Shown: positions 39,450 to 51,632 of the stretch, one piece after another | Layout of the letters: each line of letters starts with the position of its first letter | How positions within the stretch are numbered: the stretch's first letter is position 1 | Assembly: GCF_024521635.1 (NCBI RefSeq) | Contig: NW_026250406.1 | Location: 1,488,001 to 1,552,000, forward strand | Reading direction: 5' to 3' | DNA length: 64,000 bases | Source: Tricharina praecox | Lineage: Eukaryota | Notes under the pieces: model-generated | Seen by the model: only the letters and a program-made list of their open reading frames with translations | Told to the model about the DNA's origin: nothing | The model's database searches: none | Position numbers and translations under genes: made by a program

Positions 39450-40195
39450 ACGACATCATAAATTCTTCGCAACCTCCCATTCGAAGCGCAGGAATGGTGC
39501 TGTTCTTTGTGTAACCACCGCTTATCGTGCGCCGCGATGACGGGGACGGCACATCATTGAGAGTAGCATATTCTCAACTAGTCGTCGCCGTTAACCCGAG
39601 CCGAAGCGGGAAGCAAACGCTCACTTTACGACTTACTCTACTACCAATCCACCACCTATTACTGTTCGACACACACACCGACTGACGCTTCACTTGATCT
39701 TACGTATCAGGCAGACTAGGTACCTGGAAAGAAACTACATAAATCAATGTAAGGAAATAATGAGAAAATACAAGTAGTATTGATACACAGTAAAACGAAA
39801 CGATACACAGTGAAAACAAACGATACACAGAAAAAAGAAACCAAAGCAATGTGCCTAATGATCCGACGCGGTGTAGGCGGCGTTGTGCGGGGTGTTGGCC
39901 GCTTCATAGTCGAGATCCATGGCGTCGTTCGGGTGAGAGTCGCCAGCCTCGTTTCCGCCGGTAGGAACGTCGTCGTTGAACTTTCTCTTGATCGGCATTC
40001 TGGGTATAGGTGCAGGTAATGAATGTTTTTGTCGTTGACTTGGGTACCTAGTTGGAGGGATGTTGCCCGCGGGGGCGCCGGGGCGCCGGGCGCCAGGGCG
40101 CGGGCGACCTGAAGGAGTCGGGCGACCTGAAGGAGTCGAACTCCGGAAGTTATTCCGGATCCGAAGCTCCACGGGTCGCCCATCCCACTCGGTTA
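39450..40195 (-). repeat. Dispersed repeat C, copy 2
   Basis: Direct duplicate of 35995-36695. Confidence 0.85.
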
Positions 40196-40719
40196 TCCGA
40201 GTCGTAGCTCGGCATCGAACGATGTAATGAAAAAGACAAAAGGAGTTTTGGCGAATTCATCGCGTCCATAACATCAACTGGGGCCGCGATGCCCACCGGG
40301 GCGCTGGGGCCGGGCGGCAGAGCCGCCGAGGTGGTACAGGACGAAGTATGCATCGGTGATCTCCGCACCACGCTTCTTGCGGCCCTTGCTAGCGCGATAG
40401 CCCCGGACACACAGTCTGTTTGCTCCCTGTTGCCTGCTGTTCTAGGTTCGGTCAGTGATGAGCACAGGTGAGAGAAAGGATGTCGACTTACATGCCGGAT
40501 GGGTGGTAAATCCCCTGTGGGAGTGTTGTGCACGGCCGCGGGGGCACCGAGGCGCTAGGGCACAGGGGGCAGAGCCGCCGAGGTGGTGGGGGCCAGGGCT
40601 CCGGGCAAACAGTCGATTAGCAGCGCGTCCGCTGCTGTCCTAGATTCGTTCAGCGATGAGTACGGGATACAGGAAGTGATGTTGACTTACATGCCGGATG
40701 GATGCGATATCCCCTGTGG

Positions 40720-41600
40720 GAGTGTTATGTTGGGGTGAAGGAGAGAGATGGTATAAAAGGAGGAGGAAGTGAGAAGATTGTCGTGAAGAGAGAGATAAGT
40801 AAAGAAGAAGGCAGGAAAAGAAGGAAGGGAGGGGGGCTGTTATAGAAAATCCTGGAGGAAATTTAGCCGAAATACTTGGCACGCGCACACTCACAATTGT
40901 GTTTCCGCTAGCGGCTGCTAATTTTCTCACATAGTATTCGCCGGGTGATCGCAAGCAAACTTCAAAGTGGTGTCGAGTGAGACTGACAGTTAGCGCGAGT
41001 GTGAGGCATGGGAGCGAAACAAACACGAGCAAACATGCGAAGTTTCCAGCAAAGCTCGTCATTCTGTAGGCGCCGCTCAAACGGTTGAAGGTGTAGAGAG
41101 TCAGATCAACCGCCTGGGGCATACCAAACGTTACAGTCGGGCAATATATTACAATACAGGAGGGCATCACGTGCATAGGTAGCAAGGCGTCGGTATCAGT
41201 CTCGAGGTAGCTATCCGTAGACGTAGTACAGCAAGCCACTCTTCCTCGTCCTCTCCTCTCCAAGCAGGACCACCCGCCGTGCACACCCTGAGAATCATGC
41301 AAAAGCACGCATATGTAGACTCGTGCGTACGATGCCATATTCGATTCCCCCGACTCGCACGGTTTTTCGGACATAGTGAGGATTTTCCAGAATTAAGTAC
41401 GTTTCCAGACGGTGCAGAGGCAACGGTCACAGCTCGCGACTCCCGACGCTGTAGAGTCTACGTACAATATTGACTCTAGGAGGGCCGAGAGCCAGATGTA
41501 TCCACATCACACAACTCCTTCCCAGCTGCGTGAGCCGTTTGCAGCGCCCTTTGCGGCCATCGCTCGCTGGGTGCACGCATAGAATATAATCGTACACATT
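40720..41600 (-). repeat. Dispersed repeat B, copy 2
   Basis: Co-linear with 24330-25560 (e.g. CAAACTTCAAAGTGGTGTCGAGTGAGACTGA, GGAGGGCATCAC, GTACGATGCCATATTCG). Confidence 0.85.
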
Positions 41601-41839
41601 TCTGCGCAAAAAAGATGTACTAGAATCGAAGCCGCTACGTATGTACCCAGGATGCGATAATCGAGCCCTGCGAAGTGGCGTCGTGGCTGCGTACGCCGAC
41701 ATTCCCGTAGCCTCCGGGAGGTAGCAGGAACCAGATATCCTCGACGAGACGCAGCTGTACGCGTGCGATCGCGACCACCCAGTCGCCCACATGCGAATCA
41801 GCGGAAATTCACGATAGTGTGTCTTCCAAGCATGTCGGC

Positions 41840-42240
41840 CAAATCTTTGCTGCTGGACGCATTCGCTTGTTTGTGCGTGCTTGTGCATGTTTGTTTTGCT
41901 CGTTTATGCATGCTTGTGCATGTTTGTTTTGCTCGCAGGCGTCACACTCGCGCTAACTCTCAGTCTCCCTCGACACCACTATGATATTTGCCCTCGATCA
42001 CAGGGACAATTCTATGAGAGAAAATTGGCCGCCGCTAGTAGCGTAAAAGCACAACTGTAAGTGTGCGCATGCCAAGGATTTCGGCCAAATCTGCTGCCCC
42101 CAATTCTTATAAATACCTCCCTCCCTTCCCCCTCTTCCTTCTTTTTACTTTCATCTTTCATCTTTCATCCTCTTCACCTAACAACATCACAACCTTCCGA
42201 GATCTTCATACAGATACGTTTTTCCTTTCTTCAACCTCAT
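41840..42240 (+). promoter_or_regulatory. Inverted partial copy of repeat B with TATAAATA and CT-rich leader (putative promoter)
   Basis: Reverse-complement similarity to ~40770-41040; TATAAATA at ~42108 followed by a pyrimidine-rich tract and four GT-AG introns. Confidence 0.6.
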
Positions 42241-42242
42241 TC

Positions 42243-43530
42243 ATGATGAAGCACACCTACCGTGCATGCGCGAGCTGCTCACTGGTTTGTCACCCTCTTC
42301 CCTTTTTACTCCCATCCATACCAACCGCCTCAACTCACAGACTCGAAGGAGTTTTCGAAGCAACATCAAGAGCATCTCGGATACAGGTTGTCCATCCAGA
42401 ACCTCTTAGCGGGTACGCCACCCTTTCACCCTACTACTGCAATCCATACTAACAGTCTCCACTCATAGGCCGGAAGCAGGTCTTCCGCCCCAGGCAACCT
42501 CCCCACCCCCCACGAAGGCTGGGCAACTGCCCCCCTTCAAGGGAAAGAACTTGTGTTCTTCCTCGGGGAGGAGGGTATTTTCTGTGTCAGCGAGGGTTCG
42601 TCAATCCCTCCCCCTACTCTTCTCGTTCATACTAACATTCTCCACTGATAGGTCGGAAGCAGGTCTTCCCCCCAGGACACCCCCCCGTGAAGGCTAGGCA
42701 AAACCCCACCTTCAAGGGAGAACTTATGTTCTCCCTAAGGGGGGAGGGTGACAGCTATGCGCGAGGGGGTTCGTCAAGCTCTCGCCCTACTATTCTCATT
42801 CATACTAACATTCTCCACTCATAGGGCTGAGATGAGACCGACGTCGCGTCACGTGGAGGCTGGGTGGTCCTGGACCGACCATTCAGGGGATAGAGGATGA
42901 CTTTCGAAGAAGCTGCGAGACTGAAGAAAGACCAGCCCAAAAATTTCCGGTTACTGTACTGGAGACGCAATTTCCAGAATTGCGATAAGAAGCTCAGCGA
43001 GCAGGGCGCCGATTCTCTGACGATGGAGGATCTTCGGATGCTTAAGCAGGGTCTGGACCGCTTGGCATATATCAAATTCGAAGAAGACGCACTCGAATGG
43101 GTCGACAAGATCGGAATCTTGTCGACCCTGCATCTTCTTACTACAAGAGCTAACTTCGATGACGATACCCTGGAGATGGCCACCACCCTTCGTCAGCGCT
43201 GGATGGAGAAGAACTTCAATCCTGGTCCGATTTCTTCCAAGGAAAAGAAAGCGCCTCCGAGTCCGAGTCGGAAGCCGAGAACATCCAGCCGGTGAGTTCC
43301 GGGGCATTTGCGCAGTCCCTAATGCACGGTATCTTGCGATACCGTAATGCTCGCGGCCACATGACGATGAAGCTCGACCCGAGAGGTCATAAGAGAAGGG
43401 CAGATGTCTTCGGACAACATGGAGGTTCGTTCCGGCACCCATACACCCATGCGAGAGCTTTGCTGACATGTAGAAGCTGCGTCCGATTGACCCCAATGGC
43501 ACAGTGGGTCGGGCTTCGCACCAGGGTGCG
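42243..43530 (+). pseudogene. Multi-intron leader followed by a truncated, frameshifted SRA/YDG-like protein fragment
   Basis: Four 56-nt introns (42285-42340, 42413-42468, 42596-42651, 42769-42824); ORF 42897-43295 (..A..L.QRW...F.P) then LMHGIL..KLDPR..A.VFGQHG..LTP..QW, resembling the entry into fungal SRA/YDG domains (HGI..LD..A..GHNGL..G.WW). The domain core is absent. Confidence 0.45.
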
Positions 43531-44256
43531 AAGGTTGGGTGAAGGGCCCAATTGTCACTATGGAGCCCCTCGGGAGCGTTGTGCTAGTCTGTGTTCACGC
43601 TGTCTTTCTTAGAATAATTATTCTTCATTTGACATGCTACGAAGCTAAATAATACACTCCATGTTTGATCGCTTTTGACATACTCTTCCAACGATGTAGA
43701 CTCTCCAGTAGTTCGAAATGGGAACAACTGGGGTGGGAGGGGAGAAGTTCTGTCCCAAACAGCTGTAGGAGGACGGGATGAAAGTAGTCTACCGTTCCGC
43801 CAACCGCTTTGCCGGACAAGGTGTGACTGCACTCGACTGCAGTCCAACATGGGGAAAAAGAGCCACTCTTTTATGTACTTCCTCCACGAAAAAATACAAT
43901 AAAAATGTACATAATTTTGTCACAGCGGATCTAAACGAGCGAGTGATGGAGAGTGTGAGAGAAGTTGATGCTTAGATACAGATGAAAAGGAACGGGCAAT
44001 AGAGTGAGTTTTGTAAGGAGATACAGAGAAACAAAAAGCGAATTCAGTCATGTGTGGATTCCAACGTCATGCCATGATATATCCCCTCGAGATATCACTA
44101 GTCGATCATTTATCGTCGAGTCGGCCATTGAGTCGATCACCTTAGTCGATCGCATGACCGATCACTCGCCCGCCGCCCTGCTTGGTGCTCGAGGACATTC
44201 GAAAAGATCCCTTCACCGACACATACAAGGTACGACAGAGCCAGATGCCAGCAAGC

Positions 44257-46983
44257 TTAGGTGTACTGTATATTCACAGCCCCATAGCATTGTCCGTCAA
44301 ATATCAACTCGAACTTCCAGACCTACGCGAGCGAGTGACTGCGTCAGCTACACGTGATCCATGCGTACCGCTGGAAATATTGAGCTCACCTCGTTCACCA
44401 GCGTCATGCGATGTTTGAACTCCACACGATAGAGCGTATCGCCATTTGTGCAGCTACTCTTCACGAATTTGCGGCGGGGGACGGATCCGAGGTCCGAGAT
44501 CAATTCACCCACGCGATAGACGGCTTATGTGACAGATGGTTAAGGTAGATGTTCGTTCAAACGCGAGTAGTGGGGAAGCATTGTCACATACCTGGCCGTT
44601 TCTGCCATTTGTAGACAGGGGCATCGTCGAGATCGCACGCGTAGAGGTGCGACTCGAATTTGAAATCTGGCTCCTCGCCGGGTGGGGCACGGACGTGGCG
44701 GCGAAAGGTTCGGTGGGATTGGCCGATTGCCGTGCCCTAGATGGCTGCTGTTATTCCTCGTCTCTTCACGCCGGTAGTGGTTGCTTTGAGATACCGCGGA
44801 GATAATACCTTCACAATGTACCAGTGCATCTTATCAGAAACCTTCAAGACGTCCTCATACGGACATCTGTAAATATGACCCAGTGCTTCTGGTAAGCTGC
44901 AGTTTCGGCTGTTATAGCTGCTTCCGTAGTGCCTTGTGGCACGTCTTGCCATCACGATGGAGCCGTCAAACCCTCGGAGGAGCGCGCCGCGCGCTATGGC
45001 GGTTTGTCTGTGCTCGATGTTATTTCCGGGATCCATCAGGTTTAAGGTGAAAGCTAGCTGTCATACGCGTTCACGGGTTGGAGCACACTGATCCTCTTGC
45101 CGCGGTAAGTATGACCTTCAAGACGTTTCAAGAGGTACCCGGAGGAGCCGAAACCACCGACGAGAAGGATTCCCTAAGATCTTCGATTAGGATATCGACA
45201 TCATTCTCTTGTCCGCGAGGTTGGGAATACACACCTTGACCCTTTCCTCCTTTGCGCGTACGTCCTTGACTTGCTGAGACACGAGCGCGACAATTTGATC
45301 TATCACGGGATCAAAGATACTCAGAACGTCCTCACTTGGGAAAAATGATTGTCAGCGTCCATTCGGACCATTCCCATGAGACGTTTCCGCCGATGACGTA
45401 CTATTGCATATTGTGCCATCCTTCACCGATTTTCAGTTCTTCGTTATCGGCCACGCCGGGAACGTTTATATCGTAATTTGAGAACGGTGCCTCGTTTCCG
45501 AACTTCAAGACTGCCGTGAGCCCAGTGATATTGGTTGTGGAGGGAAGAAAAAACAGACTTTGAATTTGACCGTTTCCTCCCAAGATCGCATCATCGCCGC
45601 TCTTGACCTCGGCTAGAGCCATACGGATCCACGATTCAGCGGGCGCGCAATTAAAGGATCGGAAAAATTGGGTACACACCATCATAGCATCGAAGGTTTC
45701 ATCCCCCAGAATCCGCCGCATGTAGTCTTCAAAGTTCTTGTCAAGAAAAGTGCTTCCGCAAAGGGCACCTAGTAGAAGAATGCATGGGTAAGTATGCTGA
45801 TAAAGGAGTACCTCGAACGGGAAGCAACACGAACCTGTGCCAGCCACGACCTCGTCCACTTGTAAGGGGTTATTCCCGGTGATACTGTAGGAGATCAAGT
45901 CGCTTTTGTTCGTTAATCTTGTACCGACTAAATCGGATTACCGTATGAACGATGTACATACACCGTCCCCCCTCCAGCATCACATAGGACAAAGGCATCC
46001 CCAAGCTGATCGAAAGTCAGTGAGCTGCTCAGTTCGCCATACCAGACGGTAGACAAAGTGCATAGTCATGAGCCGCATGCAGAGGATTCAGTACGTACCG
46101 AGAGATTATTCGATTGGATAACATTTAGCGCGTACGTAGCGCCGCATTCCGGCTCACTGATGAGCTCAAAATCCATGCCCCGTTCGCCAAACCCCGCCTT
46201 CCTTGCAGCTTGGATCATCAGATCCTTCGCGGAATCGCTCCATATTGCGGGCACTGTCAGAACCCATTCCACCTTGGATTGCAAATCCTGCTACATCCAG
46301 TAGGTTCTCTTGATACTGTCGAGGGTAGTCTCCCTAACTTTGGACAGAAAGTCACTCACCACCGTCACGATTCTGATATCCAGCCCCTTTAGGATCTCGC
46401 GTGCAGAATCGACTGAAGTGGCGCAAGACGCCGTCGCAATTTGGGATGGTGGCCGAGTTGGCTCCGCAGAGCTGGATACACTCAACCTTTTCAATGCCTC
46501 ATCCACCGTTGTCGATCTTTTCGCTCCGCTACCGCGGGTATCCCACCTCGATCCTTCGTGCTTCCCCCGGTGGGTAGACCGCCGGGCTTTGGAACCAGAC
46601 CCAGCACCCCCGTCGTGGCACTCCTGCTGCAGCAGAAGCTTGAACCATTTCAGCGGGCCTGATCCTGGCGTCGGCCTGCTCCTGGAAACCTCATAGCCCC
46701 ATCTGATGCCCTCCGGTGTGTATTCGATTTCGGTTGGCACTTGGTTCGCCGAATTCGCGCCGACGCTGGCGCCCGGCCATGTCTGGACGAATTTTATGTC
46801 CTGTCGGCTTTCGGAATGCGCAAACACAACCGATGTATACCTGCTACCGTTAGAGACGGGGAATGAAGGCGCAGGATCAGTGAAGAGACGCAACGTAGTT
46901 CCGAAGTCGAGGCCGACAACCAATTTGCTGCCTTTCGGTTCTTCCGCGACGCGATCGCCAGCTCCGGCGCTTCCGTTAACCAT
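44257..46983 (-). CDS. HSPA12-like fungal Hsp70 (actin-like ATPase), multi-exon, one in-frame TAG at 46291-46293
   Basis: VVGLDFGTT, TWPG, VPTEIEY, WFKLLL, VLTVPAIWSD, ISEPE, CDAGGGTVDL, LCGS, LVGGFGSS, AIARGA, RHYG; canonical introns traced to a TAA at 44257. May be a pseudogene. Confidence 0.88.
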
Positions 46984-47403
46984 TTCGCGTTTTCGAACCG
47001 TGCGGATATCTGACGATGGATCGATCTGGTCTGGGCCAACCGGAGGAATGCAGCTGAAAGAGTAGTGACGTGAAGGACTGACTTGGTGCTGTTGTGAGCT
47101 GTCAAGACGTCGGTCGCGTGCGGGGTACTTGGCTATTTGTTCGGTTCTCTTGATTGGCTGCCTAGGTGGGTTGTACAATTCTGTGTTTCAGCCGCAGACC
47201 GTAATCGCGTGTCTAGAGTATTATTGCGGATGGGCTGCGGGGTAGCGGCTTGTGGTAGCAAAGTATACAGGCCACTTCCCCTTCGCATCCTGAACCTAAG
47301 AGAGCAAGTTCATCTCACCCTCCGCTTCCACTAAAGTACCAGTACACCGAAAGCTAAACATCTCCAACGCAGATATAGACCTTCACCGGTTCAGCGACGA
47401 TGA

Positions 47404-48792
47404 ATGCTATCGATGGAGCCGAGACGCACGCCAGCGAAAACAGCGTCACTACCTGACCCGCACTTACCCCCTCAACCGGGCCAGTCGATTGCGAGCGCGG
47501 GAAGACGATCAACATCGACGAATGAAGTTCAAATCAAGTTACAAACAGCAATCAGGGCCCCTCTCTATGGACACGAATGTCTGACTGGGATTACCGCCCT
47601 CGACATCCCCTGGTGCGTCCCTCCCTCGGCTTCAGCAAGCACCCCCTCGGGGTTTTTTGCGGAGACCCCCGACCACCCACAGCGCAGTATGTACGATGGG
47701 GAGGCAGCGTAATATTGGTACGAGAAGTTTCAAAAAGAGAGGAAATTGAACAAGCGGCTCAAAGTGACGAATTCGGAATTGCGCGATACCGCGAAAGCAC
47801 AGTCCGATGGGACTGAGAAGGAAGCAGAGAAGTATCTACGTCAGCGGGAAATGCTGGGAAAACTCCGGACAGCACACGTCAGGGCTGTCAACAGCGTCGG
47901 CTCGGGATTGGAGCCTATTGCGGATGAGAGTTTTGTGCGGCGATTTCGAACGTTGCACCATGAGGTTTGGCGGGCCTGTATGCTCCGAATATGCAGTGGA
48001 GACGTTTCTGACATTATCTGTAGATCCACAGCTGGTGTCGCAATGGCTTCAAGCAAAGCAGCTGTGCCGCGCCTCTAACCGAGGTTGAGCCACGGATTTT
48101 GGCACAGCACCTCTTTTGGGGGAGAGTTCACGATATCCGCCTCTTGAGGCTTTCTGAACTTATCGACTGCGTAGCATGGGCATTTATGGGGAAGTTTATA
48201 TTCTCCGTCTGGATGCCAGGATGTGACGTGGATATCCTGAAATGCATCAAGGATCTCGAAGCACTTCTCGAGCAGGGTGGTACGCTACGCCCATCTCACT
48301 TCTATTTCGATATTCCTGCTAAGCGGTTCAGATTCCACCTTAGGTAACGAGAAAACAGCCATCTGGCGCTCCCAAACGGCCTCCCTTCTCTTTCAAAATC
48401 CGCGACTCAAGCAAACTCTGGAAGACGTTTCTTCACTGTCGTTAGAACTCATCGCCGTCCTCTGCTCCATTCCACAGCATGCAACCTTGCAAGAGCAGCT
48501 TCTCCCAGCCATTGGAGGCTCTCTCCGCTCAGTCCGCTTCCTCGCCGCGGAGATGAAATGTCAGCGTGGGAGCTTCCGGCTGGATGACAGTGTAGGAGTG
48601 GGCGATTTGTTCGATGAGGAGACGATGCAGGATGTACGGTCCACCGAGATGGAGGAGGGAACGCAGGCGATTGTCGCTGCAGTGCTTTCCAAGGGGTGGA
48701 TTCGGATTCCGCCGAAGGAGGTCGACTTGGTGGAACAGAATATTTGTAAAACGCGAGTTGTGATCAGTATTCTTTCTTTCGTACATTCGTAA
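47404..48792 (+). CDS. Coiled-coil protein with GrpE-like C-terminal motif, head-to-head with the Hsp70-like gene; in-frame TAA at 47710-47712
   Basis: Two GT-AG introns (~47966-48023, ~48280-48331) join the ORFs; C-terminus GDLFDEETMQDV..IVAAVLSKGW..ICKTRVVI. May be a pseudogene or start at a later ATG. Confidence 0.7.
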
Positions 48793-49111
48793 ATAGCTAG
48801 AATCTATTTTAAGGTTGCAGAAGCATAAATGCGGTACCTGTTACTAACAGGGAGTTGACAAATTCGAGGAAAATGAGCGGTGGCACCGCCGGGTCGTTGT
48901 ATCATGGGCAGCTTGGGTAGAGTTTGTCACTGGCCTGGAGGCCTGGCCAAGCATATCTTAGGTACGTGAAACCGTCACGACTCACCCGAAGCCTGAAGGG
49001 CACCTTCTATTTCGGTACATGTGAAAGTGCCGAGTCCACAATGATATCCTCTTCTACATCACTGCAATTATTCCTCTGCACATGACCGCCCCTTATCGAC
49101 TCCACCAGAGT

Positions 49112-51632
49112 CTACCCCGAATGTCCGCTCAGGTATTTTCGGACACAGGTGAACCGTGTCTCGACAGCACCATAGCGCTTTCCCTTACACATTAATTCGT
49201 ACGTCCAAACCTACACGAGTAACTCCATTAGATACGCGTAGCCGAGTGAAAGAATATCATCAATCTCACCTCATTACTCAATGTCATTCGAAGTTTGAAG
49301 TGTACGCGGTAATACTTCTCTCTGTCAATGTTTGTTAACATCTTGAACTCACTGCGCGGGATTCTGCTAAGGTCTGCTTCCATCGTGCACACTTGATAGA
49401 CGGCTACAGCAGTTGAGCAAGTGTTCTTGCAAGATTTTTTAGGATCAAAGAAACACTACCGCTCGGGTTCTGCCATATGAAGGCAGGGGGATCGTCATCA
49501 CAGGCGTGTAGCTTCAAACTGGTGACGAGATTCGGCTTCGCGTTGGCGAGGATTTCTAAATAGCAACCATACTCAGACCACCCTGATGGCTCAATTAGAG
49601 CGCCCTGAATGGCGGCTCTTGGTAGACTATTTCCGACGTGCCTGCGTTTCTAGGAGTATAGGAGTAGGGAGGCGGATACCTTCCGGACATACCACTCCAT
49701 CGATTCATGGACCAGCACACTCTTGGACCCCTCGCTCAGGTAGGTATGAGGTCGCATCTCCATTGCGCCGGTAAACGGTGTACCAAAGCTGCCGCCGTAG
49801 TACCGGGGCGCACGGCGGGACATCACTATCGAGCCATCGAAGCCTCGGAGTAGTGCTCCTCGGGCTATTGCGCTTCGAGTGTTTATTGTTACATCTGGAT
49901 GGAGCCGTTGAAGTACGCGAAAGGTGGTAGCGGTCTGAGGTCTTACGCATTAACTGGTTGCAAGACCTCGATCATTTGGCTGCCAAATTTGTCTTCGAGG
50001 CGCTTCATCAGATACTCAGAGGAACCGAAGCCTCCAACGAGGAGGATTGTCTATGTACGAATCCTTAGTTAGAGAATCCTGGGGTGCTATTGAAGGCGCA
50101 ACAAACCTTCACGCTATCGCCTTTCTGCCAAACCTTTGACACCTGCCGCGATACCAGGGCAATAACCCGATCTACTACGTGATCGAAAATCCCCTTGACA
50201 TCCTCACTGCGAGATCTCAGCTCATACTGAGGTCGGGTTCAGGGGGTGAGCTTACTATTTCATACTATGATATCCATCTTCAAAGTTCATTTCCTCGCTA
50301 TCAGCTACCCCCGGAATGATGACTTCGAATTTCCCAAACGATATCTCGTTGCCGAACTGCGAATATTTTGATCGTCAATGGTGAGCCGCGTACTGTCATC
50401 CGAGTGTGGCAATATGGAACCGACCTTGAATTTGACCGTTTCCTCCCAGGAACGCATCATGCCTTCTTTCGACCGGGGCTGCAGGATTTTCAGCAATCGA
50501 TAATATGTAACTAGTGGGGTACCTTGTAATTTAGAGACCTTCATAGCATCAATCATTTTGTCCCCCAGAATGCGCCGGATGTACTCTTCGAATCGCTGGT
50601 CGTGAAAGACGCTTCCGCAAAGAGAACCTGGGAGGAAAGTTAGCGAGACGCCACCCGGGAATGAAATGACCCCAGCCGGCACCAGCCACCACCTCCTCGA
50701 CTCGCAGGGGATCGGTGCCAGTGATCTTGTAAGAGATCAAGTCGCTTGCGAGCGTTAGCTATTGACAAACGATGGTGATATCAAGTTATGTGCACTGTCC
50801 CACCTCCGGCATCGCAGAGGACGAAAATATCACCGAGCTGTGTACAATATCAGCAGTTATGCGGCCCACCAGAGATGCAGTGTGATCCCCGCCGAAACGT
50901 TTGCGGAGTTTGAACTCACCGAGAGATTGTTTGGCTGAATTGCCTTGAGCGAATACGTTGCACCACACTCGGGCTCACTAATAAGTTCAAAGTCCAACCC
51001 TCTTACGCCAAGCCCGGCCTATCTGGCGGCCTGAATCATCTGCTCCTTTGCCGAGTCCTTCCATATCGCTGGCACGGTCAAAATCTACTCCACTTTCGAC
51101 TCCTCCTCGTTCTCCATCCAGTAGGTTCTCTTGATACACGCCAACGTTGTCTCCCTGATGTGGACAAGGAAGTCTGCGACGGCCTTCACAGGCGTAATCC
51201 CGAGCTCCTGTAGGATCTCGCTCGACCGCTGTGCTGGCTTCGCCGCCAATTGAGAGCCGGCATCCGGCCTTTGCAGCAGGAGCTTGGACCACTTCAGCGG
51301 ACGAGGCGCCGGAGTCGTTGCGGCATCAGAAACTTGATAACCCCATGATCTCTTCTTGGGACTCTGTGCGTAGTCAAGTTTGGTCGGGACTTGATCCGCC
51401 GAATTGTTACCGATGCTTCCGCCGGGCCAGGTGTTTACGAGCTTTACCTCCGATTGGCTTTCGGAGTGCGCGAAGGCTACCGATGTGTATCTAAAGTGGG
51501 GATCATCGTCAGCATGTGAGTTTGAGAGATATCGACGCACGTTGTCCCAAAGTCCAGGCCTACGACAAACTTGGGAGTCTTTCGCTCCGGCTCTACCGGA
51601 GCGATCGAATCGTTGGAGGACGCGTTACTCAT
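49112..51632 (-). pseudogene. Second HSPA12-like Hsp70 paralog with two in-frame TAG codons and some non-canonical donors
   Basis: Same motifs and similar intron positions as 44257-46983; KVE*ILTVPAIW (TAG 51085-51087) and QAAR*AG (TAG ~51019-51021); two donors read GC. Confidence 0.82.
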
